This document shows, in pieces, positions 16,201 to 25,498 of a DNA stretch of 64,000 bases. The position numbers were made by a program, and so were the translations under genes. The DNA is taken from positions 1 through 64,000 of IMG/VR virus record IMGVR_UViG_3300027874_000010, one strand, 5' to 3'. This DNA comes from a virus (lineage: Duplodnaviria > Caudoviricetes). Positions within the stretch are counted from its first letter, which is position 1. The number at the start of each line of letters is the position of its first letter. The notes beneath the pieces are model-generated. The model was given only the letters and a program-made list of their open reading frames with translations. It was not told the origin of the DNA and did not search any database.

Positions 16201-16558
16201 CCGTCAGTCCACTCACCTCGACCTCGATTGCGCCGCCATTCGGTCCGCTGAACTCGGCCCGCTCGATGTAGCCACGCTGCTTGCCCTGGGTCTTGAGCAG
16301 GAAGCACACCGCCCACGCCTCGCCGCGCTGGACGGCGCGCAGCAGCGACAGTTCGCCCACGTCGAGGAAGCTCTCGCGCTCCTGGCGGCGGACTTCGGCC
16401 ACCTGGGGGTAGACCTTGCAGTAGTTCTCGACGGTCTTCAGGTCGCAATGCAGCAGGCGCGCGGCGACGGTGTTCATACCCTTCGCCTCTTTGAGCGCCG
16501 CGATCATCTGGTCCGCCGAGTACTTGCGGTACGTCCCAGGCTTACGTCCACGTGGCAC
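16085..16558 (-). CDS. terS: terminase small subunit (HTH)
   Basis: ALKEAKGMNTVAARLLHC HTH; AWAVCFLLKTQGKQRGY; FSGPNGGAIEV; upstream of TerL. Confidence 0.75.
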   Translation of the reverse strand: MPRGRKPGTYRKYSADQMIAALKEAKGMNTVAARLLHCDLKTVENYCKVYPQVAEVRRQERESFLDVGELSLLRAVQRGEAWAVCFLLKTQGKQRGYIERAEFSGPNGGAIEVEVSGLTDDQRAERISGILDLARERAKRTRSTGRPATGDSSAASG

Positions 16559-16604
16559 GCCCCGAGCATAGCACTGGCGCACACCGGCGGAAACTACGGA
16601 ATGC

Positions 16605-16633
16605 GTGCGCTCACGTGCGAAATTGTGTATACT
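16605..16633 (+). promoter_or_regulatory. GTGCGA-box promoter
   Basis: GTGCGC-TCAC-GTGCGA-N7-TATACT. Confidence 0.65.
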
Positions 16634-16639
16634 CGTGTC

Positions 16640-16789
16640 GTGAGGAGAGCAGAGAGTCCACCACCGGTCCCGCCGCCCGACCCCGAGCAGGAGGCGTACG
16701 AGGCCGCTCTTGTCCGAGAGTACGAGTTGTTCCATCGGTATTCAGATCAAGTAACCTATAAGCGTGTCTTCAAACGCTTACATGCGTGA
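16640..16789 (+). CDS. small hypothetical, probably leaderless
   Basis: GTG 7 nt after the -10 box; MRRAESPPPVPPPDPEQEAYE... Confidence 0.45.
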   Translation: MRRAESPPPVPPPDPEQEAYEAALVREYELFHRYSDQVTYKRVFKRLHA

Positions 16790-17150
16790 ATACATGCAGC
16801 GGCGCTACCGAGCGCGCATGGCGACAGCTATCGAACGGCTCGGTGGCCGGTGCATCCAGTGCGGCTCGACCGAGAGCCTGGAGTTCGACCACATCGACCC
16901 GTCCACGAAACTCATGGACATCTCCCAGGCCGTCACCTACTCGACCCGCGTGTTCGAGGCGGAACTGGCGAAGTGCCAACTGCTGTGCGCCTCGCACCAT
17001 CAGCAGAAGACGCTCCAGCAGAACGGCATGACCCTGGCCCGAGGCACCCACGGCACGCTCTCCGCGCTCCGCTACTGTCGCCCGCCATGTGACGCCTGCC
17101 GAGCGGCCAAGGCCGACTACAACCGGCAGCACTACCTCTCGCGCCGTTAG
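16764..17150 (+). CDS. HNH endonuclease
   Basis: CIQCGSTESLEFDHIDP...CQLLCASHHQQKT; C-terminal HGT...C..C; stop lies inside tRNA-Lys. Confidence 0.85.
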   Translation: MSSNAYMREYMQRRYRARMATAIERLGGRCIQCGSTESLEFDHIDPSTKLMDISQAVTYSTRVFEAELAKCQLLCASHHQQKTLQQNGMTLARGTHGTLSALRYCRPPCDACRAAKADYNRQHYLSRR

Positions 17151-17214
17151 CTCAACTGGCTAGAGCAAGAAGCCCTTAACTTCGAGGTTCTCGGTTCGAG
17201 TCCGAGACGGCGCA
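17141..17214 (+). tRNA. tRNA-Lys(CTT)
   Basis: GCGCCGT/ACGGCGC acceptor; GCTC/GAGC D arm; loop CC-CTT-AA; CTCGG-TTCGAGT-CCGAG. Confidence 0.9.
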
Positions 17215-17311
17215 CTGCCCCCGGCGTTGACCCCGCTGGCGCGTAAACGTTCGCTCATCAGCGACGACCCGCCTTGTCACGTCGGGGCTTTTCCATATCG
17301 TGGAGCGGCCA

Positions 17312-17587
17312 ATGAACCCTGACGAGATCCCAGTCAAGATCCTGCGCGAAGTCGAGGTCGGTGACACGCCGATGTTCCCCCGAGGGCACGCCCCTGGCGC
17401 ATTGCCCAACGGCACGCGGGTGCGCAAGAGCCGCGACGACCCGGGCGACACTCACACCATCGGGGACCAGGCCACCGTGCTGTCCAGCGTCGGACCGCAC
17501 GAAGGCATGTTCCTGTACTTCGTGGAGTGGGACGACTTGCCCCGGATCCCTGTCGGCATCCGCAGTGACAAGCTCTCCCGAGCCTGA
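17312..17587 (+). CDS. hypothetical protein (SH3/KOW-like)
   Basis: GTRVRK...ATVL...YFVEWDD; GC3 bias. Confidence 0.6.
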   Translation: MNPDEIPVKILREVEVGDTPMFPRGHAPGALPNGTRVRKSRDDPGDTHTIGDQATVLSSVGPHEGMFLYFVEWDDLPRIPVGIRSDKLSRA

Positions 17588-17696
17588 TGAACGACGGCTC
17601 AATGTCGCGCTGTTCGTCATCCTTTTCGTTTTTCTCACCTTCGGGATCGCCCTGGTGTTGACGCTTTCTCGACTGCATGGCGCGTAGGGTGGCGAC

Positions 17697-17909
17697 GTGG
17701 CACAACCACTACTTGCCGCCTGCATGGGGTGCGGGGAGCGACTCGCCGTGGACGCTCAGGAAGCGCTCGCGGATACCAGAGGTTGGAAGTACGACTTTGA
17801 TCTCGGCTGGCTGTGTCAGCGCTGCGACGGGCTGGACGCACGCCTGCAGCAGCGCCGCCGCCGAGGACCAGGCATGCCGATGAAAGGACACGGCAACGAT
17901 GACCGATGA
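17697..17909 (+). CDS. Zn-finger hypothetical
   Basis: CMGC...CQRC. Confidence 0.55.
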   Translation: MAQPLLAACMGCGERLAVDAQEALADTRGWKYDFDLGWLCQRCDGLDARLQQRRRRGPGMPMKGHGNDDR

Positions 17910-18195
17910 TCCGCGCACCTGGCTGGATCTGGACAACTGGTGCTACGAGCACATGGTCGAGAAGCTCGACTGTGTGCACTGCCAGTTCGGGGACGACAGT
18001 CTGATCTTCATGTACGACTGCGAGCGCTGCGCGATCCCGCACGGTGCCAAGACCTGGGGGTGGCTGTCGCCCGAGGGCCGCGAGTACTGCATCCGCTGCA
18101 TGGCGATTGGGGCGTATCAGGATCTGGTGAGCCACGACTTGCTGATGCCGCAGTTCCCCAACCAGGGCGATCTGCCACCCGGCGCGCGACCATGA
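17899..18195 (+). CDS. Cys-rich hypothetical
   Basis: CVHC, CERC, CIRC. Confidence 0.6.
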   Translation: MTDDPRTWLDLDNWCYEHMVEKLDCVHCQFGDDSLIFMYDCERCAIPHGAKTWGWLSPEGREYCIRCMAIGAYQDLVSHDLLMPQFPNQGDLPPGARP

Positions 18196-18371
18196 CCAAC
18201 TACAGGCCGATGGCGGTGTGGATCGTCAACCTGCTGGAGACGGACCCGGGGCAAGTCCTGCAGGCCCTGGCGGTGATGATGCGCGACACGCCCATCGACC
18301 AGCGCCTGCCACTGATGGAAGCCATCGAAGCCGAGACGGTGAGGAGGCTCAATGAGCAAGAGCGAGGATAG
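18192..18371 (+). CDS. hypothetical
   Basis: ATGA-coupled; MTNYRPMAVW... Confidence 0.55.
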   Translation: MTNYRPMAVWIVNLLETDPGQVLQALAVMMRDTPIDQRLPLMEAIEAETVRRLNEQERG

Positions 18372-18666
18372 GGCCTGGAAGGACTACGGCGACCGCTTCC
18401 GCCGCGAGGTGCTGCCGAAGATCATGAACTCGGCCGTGTTCCTCGCCATCGGCACCGAGGAACTGGACGTGAAGATGGCGACCGAACTCGGCGCGGCGCT
18501 GCTGGCCGACAAGCCGCTGCTGCTGGTCTGTCCGCGCGGCAGGCGTATCCCTGAGCGACTGCGGCGCGCGGCCGACATCGTGGTGGACAATTGGGATCCG
18601 GCCGATCCCGACGCCCAGGAGCGCTTCGCGGATGCCCTGCAGCAACTGGATCTGCCCCCGCGCTAA
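18352..18666 (+). CDS. nucleoside 2-deoxyribosyltransferase/TIR-like Rossmann protein
   Basis: SAVFLAIG...KMATELGAALLADKPLLLV. Confidence 0.45.
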   Translation: MSKSEDRAWKDYGDRFRREVLPKIMNSAVFLAIGTEELDVKMATELGAALLADKPLLLVCPRGRRIPERLRRAADIVVDNWDPADPDAQERFADALQQLDLPPR

Positions 18667-18696
18667 TGTAGCCGAACGTGTGCTATAAGTGGCGGC

Positions 18697-19146
18697 ATGA
18701 AGCCGACCGGTAAGGTCTACGTCGGGGTGCGCCTGCCACCCCTCAACTCCGCAGGCGAAGCCGTGGTGCTGGTGCTCGACCCCGAGCGGCAGCAAGCCCA
18801 CTACCTGCCGCACATCTGCGACCAGCACACCCCGCGCGCCAAGGCGCTACTGGCCCACTACGGCTGTCACAGCCCAACCGGGTTCAACTGGGGCTACGGC
18901 GGCTCGGGACCATCCGAGCTTGCCTTCATGCTGCTGCTGGATCTCGGCATCGCGGACGAGCGCGCGTGGATGGCCCACAACCCGCTGACGACACAGATCA
19001 TCGCCGGGCTGCAGCAGGACCAGCCGTGGATGCTGAGCGCCAGACGCCTGCGCACCTGGCTGCTGCACTTCGAGAACGGCATGCTCGGCCGCAAGGCCAG
19101 CCCCGAGGAAGTCGCCCACGCCATCCGCGAGGCCGAGGGGGAATAG
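18697..19146 (+). CDS. DUF6166-like protein
   Basis: HSPTGFNWGYGGSGPSELA. Confidence 0.7.
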   Translation: MKPTGKVYVGVRLPPLNSAGEAVVLVLDPERQQAHYLPHICDQHTPRAKALLAHYGCHSPTGFNWGYGGSGPSELAFMLLLDLGIADERAWMAHNPLTTQIIAGLQQDQPWMLSARRLRTWLLHFENGMLGRKASPEEVAHAIREAEGE

Positions 19147-19343
19147 TGCACATCCACCACCCCGACCATCACGCCTGGGGCCAGCAGGCCATCGACGCCC
19201 TGGAAGCCAACTTCAAGACCATCCCGAAGTACGAGGCGATGACCACCGACCAGTTGGCCGACTTCTGGCAGGGCATGACCGAGGCGTGTGTGCTGCGGCT
19301 GGTCAAGCTCAAACCCGAGGGCGTCTCCCACCCACCTGAGTAG
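19146..19343 (+). CDS. hypothetical
   Basis: Coupled start; GC3 bias. Confidence 0.5.
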   Translation: MHIHHPDHHAWGQQAIDALEANFKTIPKYEAMTTDQLADFWQGMTEACVLRLVKLKPEGVSHPPE

Positions 19344-19350
19344 CTAATTC

Positions 19351-19380
19351 TTGCGAGCGTGTGCGATCAATAGTTAGAAT
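19351..19380 (+). promoter_or_regulatory. GTGCGA-box promoter (leaderless gene follows)
   Basis: TTGCGA-GCGT-GTGCGA-N8-TAGAAT. Confidence 0.75.
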
Positions 19381-19385
19381 GTAGC

Positions 19386-19979
19386 GTGAGCGAGAGAGAA
19401 AGCTGGATAGAGGTCGCAGCGCGGCATGAGGCGACGTTCCAGCCGTACGTTGACCGCGCGGTCGAAGCAGGGGCTGACCCTGGGACGATCAAGTACCTGG
19501 CACAGACCGCTGGCATGCAGCGGTACATCTTCGAGAACAACAACCCTGGTCGCGAGACGGCCTACGCCAGCTTCGAGGAGTTCGTGTTGAAGCACGGTGA
19601 GGTCTTCGAGGCCCCACCCACCAAGAAGCCACGACCCAAGGGTTTCCGCAAGGGCCGCGACAAGATGTGCTTCATGAACTCGACGCACGCGGCGTTCGAG
19701 CACGGCTGGTCCTATGTCGAGGGCTTCGGCACCGGCTACATCCCCGCCCACCACGCCTGGGTCGTTGACGACGACGGCAACGTGGTCGAGACGACGTGGA
19801 AGCAGGCGGGCAGCACCTACTTCGGGGTCAAGTTCTCCGACGAGCAGTGGCGGCTGTCGATCTCGTTGACCGGGGTCTACGGCGTGATGAACGCGGTCTT
19901 GATGGAGCAGCCGTACACGCCCGAGGGCCACGTCGCGGCGTTGCGCGCGGCGTTGGCCGAGAAGCGCAGGGCGGCATGA
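19386..19979 (+). CDS. papain/transglutaminase-fold hypothetical
   Basis: KMCFMNS...YVEG...HHAWV...VETTW. Confidence 0.6.
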   Translation: MSERESWIEVAARHEATFQPYVDRAVEAGADPGTIKYLAQTAGMQRYIFENNNPGRETAYASFEEFVLKHGEVFEAPPTKKPRPKGFRKGRDKMCFMNSTHAAFEHGWSYVEGFGTGYIPAHHAWVVDDDGNVVETTWKQAGSTYFGVKFSDEQWRLSISLTGVYGVMNAVLMEQPYTPEGHVAALRAALAEKRRAA

Positions 19980-20626
19980 CCCGGCTCCCGTTGACGCTGG
20001 ACATCGACGGTCGGACGTGGCGTACACCGCTTACCGCGTCGGATGTCCGTGAGCATGGCGGCGCTCGCATGGTGCCGAAAAGCTATGGGCGGGGCGGCTA
20101 CTGGCGAATGGAAGGCACTGGCGGGTACGAGTTCTTTCGCGTGCGCGGCGGTCGCCTGACGGTGATGTCCCTGGACCGCCGTGAACCTGGCCGCAAGCGC
20201 TGGAAGACGTGGATGGTCGATGACCCGCTGCACTGGTACGGGATGCGCGAGTTGGTCCTCGATCTGCCGCCCGGACGCCTGCTGGTCGCCGGGTTGGGAC
20301 TTGGGCTGTTTGCCCACCACCTGATGGACCGTCCCGACATCACCAGCATCGAGGTCATCGAGATCGACCCGGACGTGATCGCGCTGGTCGAGCCAACGCT
20401 GCCCGACGATCCGCGACGAGTCATTGTCAGAGGCGACTACTACGACCGCATCAGCGACGGGCCTGCCCCGGACGCGGTGCTGTGGGATCTGGCAGTTGGC
20501 ACCGAGGATCAGACCCGCCCCGACTTCCTCAAGGCGCAGTTGCTGACAGCCGTCTACCTGCCCGGCACGCCGCTGTTCTGCTTCGGCCTGCGGCGAGAGA
20601 AGCACGCCGAGGAGTTGCTTATCTGA
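19976..20626 (+). CDS. SAM-dependent methyltransferase/spermidine-synthase-like
   Basis: LLVAGLGLG, VIEIDPDVI, GDYY, VLWD. Confidence 0.75.
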   Translation: MTRLPLTLDIDGRTWRTPLTASDVREHGGARMVPKSYGRGGYWRMEGTGGYEFFRVRGGRLTVMSLDRREPGRKRWKTWMVDDPLHWYGMRELVLDLPPGRLLVAGLGLGLFAHHLMDRPDITSIEVIEIDPDVIALVEPTLPDDPRRVIVRGDYYDRISDGPAPDAVLWDLAVGTEDQTRPDFLKAQLLTAVYLPGTPLFCFGLRREKHAEELLI

Positions 20627-20826
20627 TGCCGCTGAACGCCGAGCAGATCGAGCGCGAGACGCTGTGGTGGTGCATCAAACGCCAGGTGAAGGTCGTCGGC
20701 GGCTGGCACATCGCGGCCTTCTGCCCACTGCTGATATGGGACTCGGCCCGCGAGGTCCAGGCCGAGGTCAAAGACATGCACCGCCGCCAACTGGCGATGG
20801 AAGCCCTGTGGGACCGTCTGCTGTGA
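20626..20826 (+). CDS. hypothetical
   Basis: TGATG coupling. Confidence 0.5.
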   Translation: MPLNAEQIERETLWWCIKRQVKVVGGWHIAAFCPLLIWDSAREVQAEVKDMHRRQLAMEALWDRLL

Positions 20827-20830
20827 ATTC

Positions 20831-20860
20831 TTGCGCACACGTGCGAACATAGCGCATAAT
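20831..20860 (+). promoter_or_regulatory. GTGCGA-box promoter
   Basis: TTGCGC-ACAC-GTGCGA-N8-CATAAT-N8-AAGGAG. Confidence 0.75.
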
Positions 20861-20880
20861 GTCTCTGGAAGGAGAGAGGA

Positions 20881-21264
20881 ATGTCCACCACCAAGACGCC
20901 GTTCGTGCCGAGCTTCATCCCTGAGCCGGACGGCCTGCCAATCTGGAAGATGCGCGAGATCGAGCGGTCACGCCAGCACTTCATCGAGGGCGGCGCGTAC
21001 GTCGGCCCCGAGGGTGAGGTGCGCTGGTTCTCCAACGACAGCGTGGTCCCGGGCGACGTGTTCCGTGATGCCTACGTGCGGGTGCCCAACCCCGAGGCTC
21101 AGGAGCGGGTGCGCGACCGTGAGACGCAGGCGTTCCTGGCCGAGTACCGCCGGGCCAACAAGGGCCGCAAGCGGTCGGCTGAGGAGATATTTGAGATGCG
21201 CGCGGCCTTCGGCCCGGGCGAGACGGTTGTCGATGTGATAACCGGTGAGCGGTTCGAGACGTGA
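20881..21264 (+). CDS. hypothetical
   Basis: Strong SD; ends VVDVITGERFET. Confidence 0.7.
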   Translation: MSTTKTPFVPSFIPEPDGLPIWKMREIERSRQHFIEGGAYVGPEGEVRWFSNDSVVPGDVFRDAYVRVPNPEAQERVRDRETQAFLAEYRRANKGRKRSAEEIFEMRAAFGPGETVVDVITGERFET

Positions 21265-22133
21265 GTACGACCTACTCACCCTCCCTGTGCACGGCGGCGC
21301 GGGATCTCCCTGTTCGCCTGTCCGAGTGGTGGATGGAACCCAAGATGGACGGCATCCGTCTGCAGATGGTCGCCAGAGGTGGCCGCGTAGACTGCTACTC
21401 GCGGGCGGGGCTGACCTACAACGGTCGTATGCCCGCCGTCGAGGAGGCCCTGTCCGCCCTGGACGTGGTAGTCGATGGCGAGGTCGTCTGGTTCTCACCC
21501 GAAACGGGTGAGGTGGACTTCCACAAAGGCTCGGGCCTGTTCCGTCGCGAAGACTCGGCGCGGGCGCAGCGCTTCGAGGGGCCGCTGACCTACGTGGTCT
21601 TCGACATGCTCGAACTGGCCGGCCAGGATCTGCGCAAGCTGCCCATCGAGACACGGCGCGGCCTGCTGGCGCAGTTGGTCGAGGGCCTCGGGTGCCCGCA
21701 GCTTCGCCTGATCGAACAGGCCGAAGCGTCACCCGAGGCACAAGCAGCCTACATCGCGCGCTACCGCGAAGGGGTGGTCCTCAAGAAGAAGGGCAGCACC
21801 TACGTCGCGGGCCGGCCTCCGACCTGGCTCAAGCTGAAGGTGGTCGAGGATGCCGATGTGGTCATCACCGGCTTCGAGCGCGGCAAGGGCAAGTACGCCA
21901 ACACCCTGGGGTGCGTCGAGTTCAGCCAGTTCCGCGAGGGCCTGTTGGAGCGGCGCGGGACGTGCTCGGGCATGACCGACGCCGAGCGCGATCACATCTG
22001 GCACAACCGCTCCGAGTACGAGGGCAAGGTGCTGGTCATCCGTCACATGGGAGCCGATGGCGAGGGCTTCCGGCACCCACAGTGGAGCCACGTTCGAGAA
22101 GACAAAAACGCCTGGGAGTGCGTCTGGTCATGA
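21261..22133 (+). CDS. lig: ATP-dependent DNA ligase
   Basis: EPKMDGIR (KxDG), VVDGE, YVVFD, EGVVLK, WLKLK, C-terminal OB fold. Confidence 0.9.
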   Translation: MSTTYSPSLCTAARDLPVRLSEWWMEPKMDGIRLQMVARGGRVDCYSRAGLTYNGRMPAVEEALSALDVVVDGEVVWFSPETGEVDFHKGSGLFRREDSARAQRFEGPLTYVVFDMLELAGQDLRKLPIETRRGLLAQLVEGLGCPQLRLIEQAEASPEAQAAYIARYREGVVLKKKGSTYVAGRPPTWLKLKVVEDADVVITGFERGKGKYANTLGCVEFSQFREGLLERRGTCSGMTDAERDHIWHNRSEYEGKVLVIRHMGADGEGFRHPQWSHVREDKNAWECVWS

Positions 22134-22214
22134 CGCGCTCCTGTCGTATGCTGACCCCGCTGCCGGGGAGTCACCCTGTTTCTCCTTCCAAAGTGCAGGG
22201 GCGCTTGGAGTGCT

Positions 22215-23006
22215 GTGGTGGCCTCTGAGCCGACGACTCCCGGCAGCGGTCCGCCCATCCCGCCCGAGCTACTGCGGCAAGCGCGCGTGACGCTGCGCGC
22301 GCACGAGGCGATGGACGAGGCGTGGCGGCTGATCGAAGAAGTCAACGCCCGCCAGGAGCACCCGGGCCAGGTCGCGTGTGCCAGCGGTTGCGCGGCGTGC
22401 TGCAGCTACCTCGTGGACACCATCTCCTCCGAGGGAGCGGTGATCGCCACGGGCATCGAGTACGGCGACCCGGGCTACAAGGCCGTGGTCATGGAGCGGC
22501 TGCTGGATTGGGAGTACGAGTTCATGCACTGGATGCTGCGGCACCCCATCCCCAACGAGGGCCGCAAGGATCACGAGCACGACCTGTGGCGCGGCCAGTG
22601 GCAGATCCGCAGGATCGCCTGCCCGTTTCTGGATCTCGACTCCAACATGTGCTCGATCTACGCCGACCGACCGGCGACGTGCCGAGGGCACCATGCCTGC
22701 TACCCGCCGCCCCAGGTCGCGGATCACGTCTCGATGCCGCCCGAGGGCTGCTTCACCAAGATCGAGGATCTCCAGCGCGGCGAACTGACCCCGATCTGGC
22801 AACTCAACGACACCGTGACGCAGACGTTCTCGAAGTTGCTGGCCGACTCGTTGCACGCCCGCGACATCGCGTTTTCGTCGCATCTGCTGCCGATCATGGT
22901 GCTGTGGGCCGGGCGCTCATGGTTCGGTTGGCCCGCACCCGACTCGCGCAAGCGGAGAGCCAAACCCCCACGGATAACCGTAGCCAGGAAGGAGCCACCA
23001 CAATGA
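22215..23006 (+). CDS. YkgJ/FliB-like Fe-S or Zn chelating protein
   Basis: CASGCAACC...CPFLD...CSIYADRPATCR. Confidence 0.8.
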   Translation: MVASEPTTPGSGPPIPPELLRQARVTLRAHEAMDEAWRLIEEVNARQEHPGQVACASGCAACCSYLVDTISSEGAVIATGIEYGDPGYKAVVMERLLDWEYEFMHWMLRHPIPNEGRKDHEHDLWRGQWQIRRIACPFLDLDSNMCSIYADRPATCRGHHACYPPPQVADHVSMPPEGCFTKIEDLQRGELTPIWQLNDTVTQTFSKLLADSLHARDIAFSSHLLPIMVLWAGRSWFGWPAPDSRKRRAKPPRITVARKEPPQ

Positions 23007-23248
23007 TCGACCCGATGAACCTGCTGGTGCTGGAGGCGACGTTCTGCACGTTCTGCTTCCGCCAGGGCAAGCGTCCGCCAGCACACGAGGCGGGCATCCT
23101 GGGCGGCGTGCGCTTCGGGCGCGGCGGACGGATCGGCAACTTCGACCGCAGCTACCGGCGTGCCACGCGGCGGCGCGTCATCAAGCACGTCCGCGCCGAG
23201 CACCCCGAGTTCAAGGCCCCACTCAAGGGCGAGAAGGTCGCGCCATGA
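23003..23248 (+). CDS. hypothetical
   Basis: SD AGGAG; CTFC. Confidence 0.5.
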   Translation: MIDPMNLLVLEATFCTFCFRQGKRPPAHEAGILGGVRFGRGGRIGNFDRSYRRATRRRVIKHVRAEHPEFKAPLKGEKVAP

Positions 23249-23457
23249 GCGTCTGCGACGACGAGCGGAATCTGTACCCGCTGGAGGCAGCGCTCGATGC
23301 CCTCGAACGGCTGCACGACTACATCGTGCAGGACGGCGAACAGAAAGCGCGGGAGTGTCTGTGCCAGGAAGCCGCTGCATGGCGGGCCGCGCGCAAGGTG
23401 ACTGTGGCGTGGCGGGAGGAGCGCGGCATGAAGGTCCGCCTGCTGGATCAGGTATGA
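23245..23457 (+). CDS. hypothetical
   Basis: Coupled starts/stops. Confidence 0.5.
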   Translation: MSVCDDERNLYPLEAALDALERLHDYIVQDGEQKARECLCQEAAAWRAARKVTVAWREERGMKVRLLDQV

Positions 23458-24524
23458 GCATCGGCAACCCGGGCGTTGGCTTGAGCCTGCGAGACGCCAT
23501 GCTGAACATGACCCGCAACCCGACGCGGCTGTGGCACGCCTCGTCGCTGGTCGCCAACAGCAACGACGACGACGCCATCGCGACGATGGCCGGCTACATC
23601 AAGCCGACCGCCGAGCGCGCCGCCGTGTACTACGCGACTTCGAGTGTCTCGCGCGACCTGGGCGCTGCCGCCAGAGCGCTGCAGCAGGAGCACCTCGTGC
23701 GCTTCTACCGTGAGGACTTCCCGACGCCGTTCGGCCTGATGGTCTTCGACGGCGACGACTATGAGCTACCGTCCTGGGGCACCTACGGCAAGCAGACGCT
23801 GCGCGGCATCCTGTGGGCGGTCGCCGCCGACGCCCTGATCCTGTGGAGCATCGTCCACGACCGGAGCGACTTCGAGGAGCACGCGCGCATATTCAGCTTC
23901 GGCGGCGCGCACTTCCGCCAGATGCTGGCCGCGCCCTGGGGACGCCAGATGCAGATCGTGCCCGGCCCCAACCCGCAGCAGCGCGCCGAGGCCGAGGAGT
24001 CCAAGGGTTGGCCGGGCGGCAAGGGTGTCACCCTCCAATCGGACGGCATCGTGCGAATCCACGGCGGCGACATCGCCACCTTCCGCGAGGAGACGGAGAA
24101 GAAGATCCCGGGCTACGACGCGGGCATCAGCGTCGAAGACGAGCAGGTTCAGGTTGCCTACGCCGCCGCTGCGATTTTCAGATTGGTCTACACATGGACG
24201 CAGTTCGTGGCCGACGAGATCGTGACCGTCAGCCGTGCGGCGCTGAGCCGTGCTGAGAGACGCCGCGCCGAGCGCGAGAAGACCCCCGAACCGCAACTCA
24301 ACGTCATTCTGCTCAGACGGGTGCGGCACGAGCGACCCGAGGGCGACGAGATTCACGACGTGGACTGGAAGTCGCGCTGGTACGTGCACGGCCACTGGCG
24401 CAACCAGCCGTACGGTCCCAGGGACAACCCCGAGTACCGTGCCAAGTTCATCACCGGCTACATCAAAGGGCCAGAAGGGAAACCTCTCGTGATGAAAGAT
24501 CGGGTGATCGTCCTTGGCCGCTGA
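23454..24524 (+). CDS. conserved phage hypothetical
   Basis: C-terminal DWKSRWYVHGHWRNQPYGP...YIKGPEGKPL motif seen in many phages. Confidence 0.7.
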   Translation: MSIGNPGVGLSLRDAMLNMTRNPTRLWHASSLVANSNDDDAIATMAGYIKPTAERAAVYYATSSVSRDLGAAARALQQEHLVRFYREDFPTPFGLMVFDGDDYELPSWGTYGKQTLRGILWAVAADALILWSIVHDRSDFEEHARIFSFGGAHFRQMLAAPWGRQMQIVPGPNPQQRAEAEESKGWPGGKGVTLQSDGIVRIHGGDIATFREETEKKIPGYDAGISVEDEQVQVAYAAAAIFRLVYTWTQFVADEIVTVSRAALSRAERRRAEREKTPEPQLNVILLRRVRHERPEGDEIHDVDWKSRWYVHGHWRNQPYGPRDNPEYRAKFITGYIKGPEGKPLVMKDRVIVLGR

Positions 24525-24705
24525 CCCGCGCCTCGACGTGCGCAATCTCATCGAGCAGTGCATCGACCAGACCGAGGAGCGCCGCCGTATGGAAACGGTG
24601 ATCGACGCCGTGGTCGCCAGGATCAAAACCGACCCGGCGCTCACGGACGCCATCATCGAGGAGTACGTCCGCAATCAGTACCGCAGCCGTGAGTACGGGC
24701 TGTGA
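24514..24705 (+). CDS. hypothetical
   Basis: ORF track, GC3 bias. Confidence 0.5.
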   Translation: MAADPRLDVRNLIEQCIDQTEERRRMETVIDAVVARIKTDPALTDAIIEEYVRNQYRSREYGL

Positions 24706-24947
24706 GCGAGGAGTTCACCATCCTGTGCGGCTGGTGCCACCGCGAGGTGGTCAGCTTCGTCGGCCCGCCAGCGATGGTCACCGTCAACACGCTGGCTCCT
24801 GGGCTGGACGGCAACTTCTGGCGGATCTGCCTGTCGTGCTACGCCGAACTCATCAAGCTGATCGCTGAGCGCGACTGGCGCTCGACGCCTCCTGACCGTG
24901 AGCCGCCTCGCCCTGGCAGCTTTGAGTTCGAGATCGAGAATCCGTGA
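24702..24947 (+). CDS. Zn-finger hypothetical
   Basis: CGWC...CLSC. Confidence 0.55.
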   Translation: MSEEFTILCGWCHREVVSFVGPPAMVTVNTLAPGLDGNFWRICLSCYAELIKLIAERDWRSTPPDREPPRPGSFEFEIENP

Positions 24948-25114
24948 TCCCTGACGACCACAAGCCCACGCTGTACCGCGCGCGAGGCCACGCCTGGGTG
25001 GTGTGCGCCTGCGGTTGGAAGTCCGGCGACCAGCGCGACCAGGCTGCGGCGCAGCTTGCCTGGTCAGGCCACATCCGCGACGTGCTGCTCGCTCATCCTA
25101 GAGATCGAGGATGA
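24944..25114 (+). CDS. small CxCGW..H protein
   Basis: Manual translation; motif shared with 58245-58469. Confidence 0.5.
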   Translation: MIPDDHKPTLYRARGHAWVVCACGWKSGDQRDQAAAQLAWSGHIRDVLLAHPRDRG

Positions 25115-25177
25115 TCCCCGACTGGCTGGTCTACCTGCTGTGCTTCGCGGCGGGCGAACTCAGCGTGGTGCTCTGGC

Positions 25178-25498
25178 TCAACTTTCGATGCTCAAGACGA
25201 GGCCGCGACCGTCGTTAGGGAAGCTCTCCTGATGCCCGGGCCACGCCACCAGCCAGTGGTAGAAGTACGCGCCAGGAACGTCCGTCTCGCCAGGTAGCCA
25301 GATGTGCTGCACCAGCCCCTGGGTCGCATCGGCACCCGCGATGGTCGCGGGCAGGATCGTCTCGATGCTGGTCGCCATCTCAAAGAGCTTGAGCGAGACG
25401 GTGGCGTCGGTGAGATCCACGGCACTGAGATCCGGGTTGAGCAGCGTGCCCGTGATTGTCGGCAGCGTGTCGGAGAGCTTGAGATAGAAGTCGGCCAT
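25178..25498 (-). CDS. BppU-like (baseplate upper/Ig-like) protein
   Basis: FYLKLSDTLP...VDLTDATV...GLVQHIW..GETDVPG.Y...ESFPNDG. Confidence 0.65.
   Translation of the reverse strand: MADFYLKLSDTLPTITGTLLNPDLSAVDLTDATVSLKLFEMATSIETILPATIAGADATQGLVQHIWLPGETDVPGAYFYHWLVAWPGHQESFPNDGRGLVLSIES

Noticed and set aside
23160-23453. Arg-rich N-terminal extension of ORF 23160-24524
   Set aside because: Overlaps two better-supported small genes; start at 23454 is coupled
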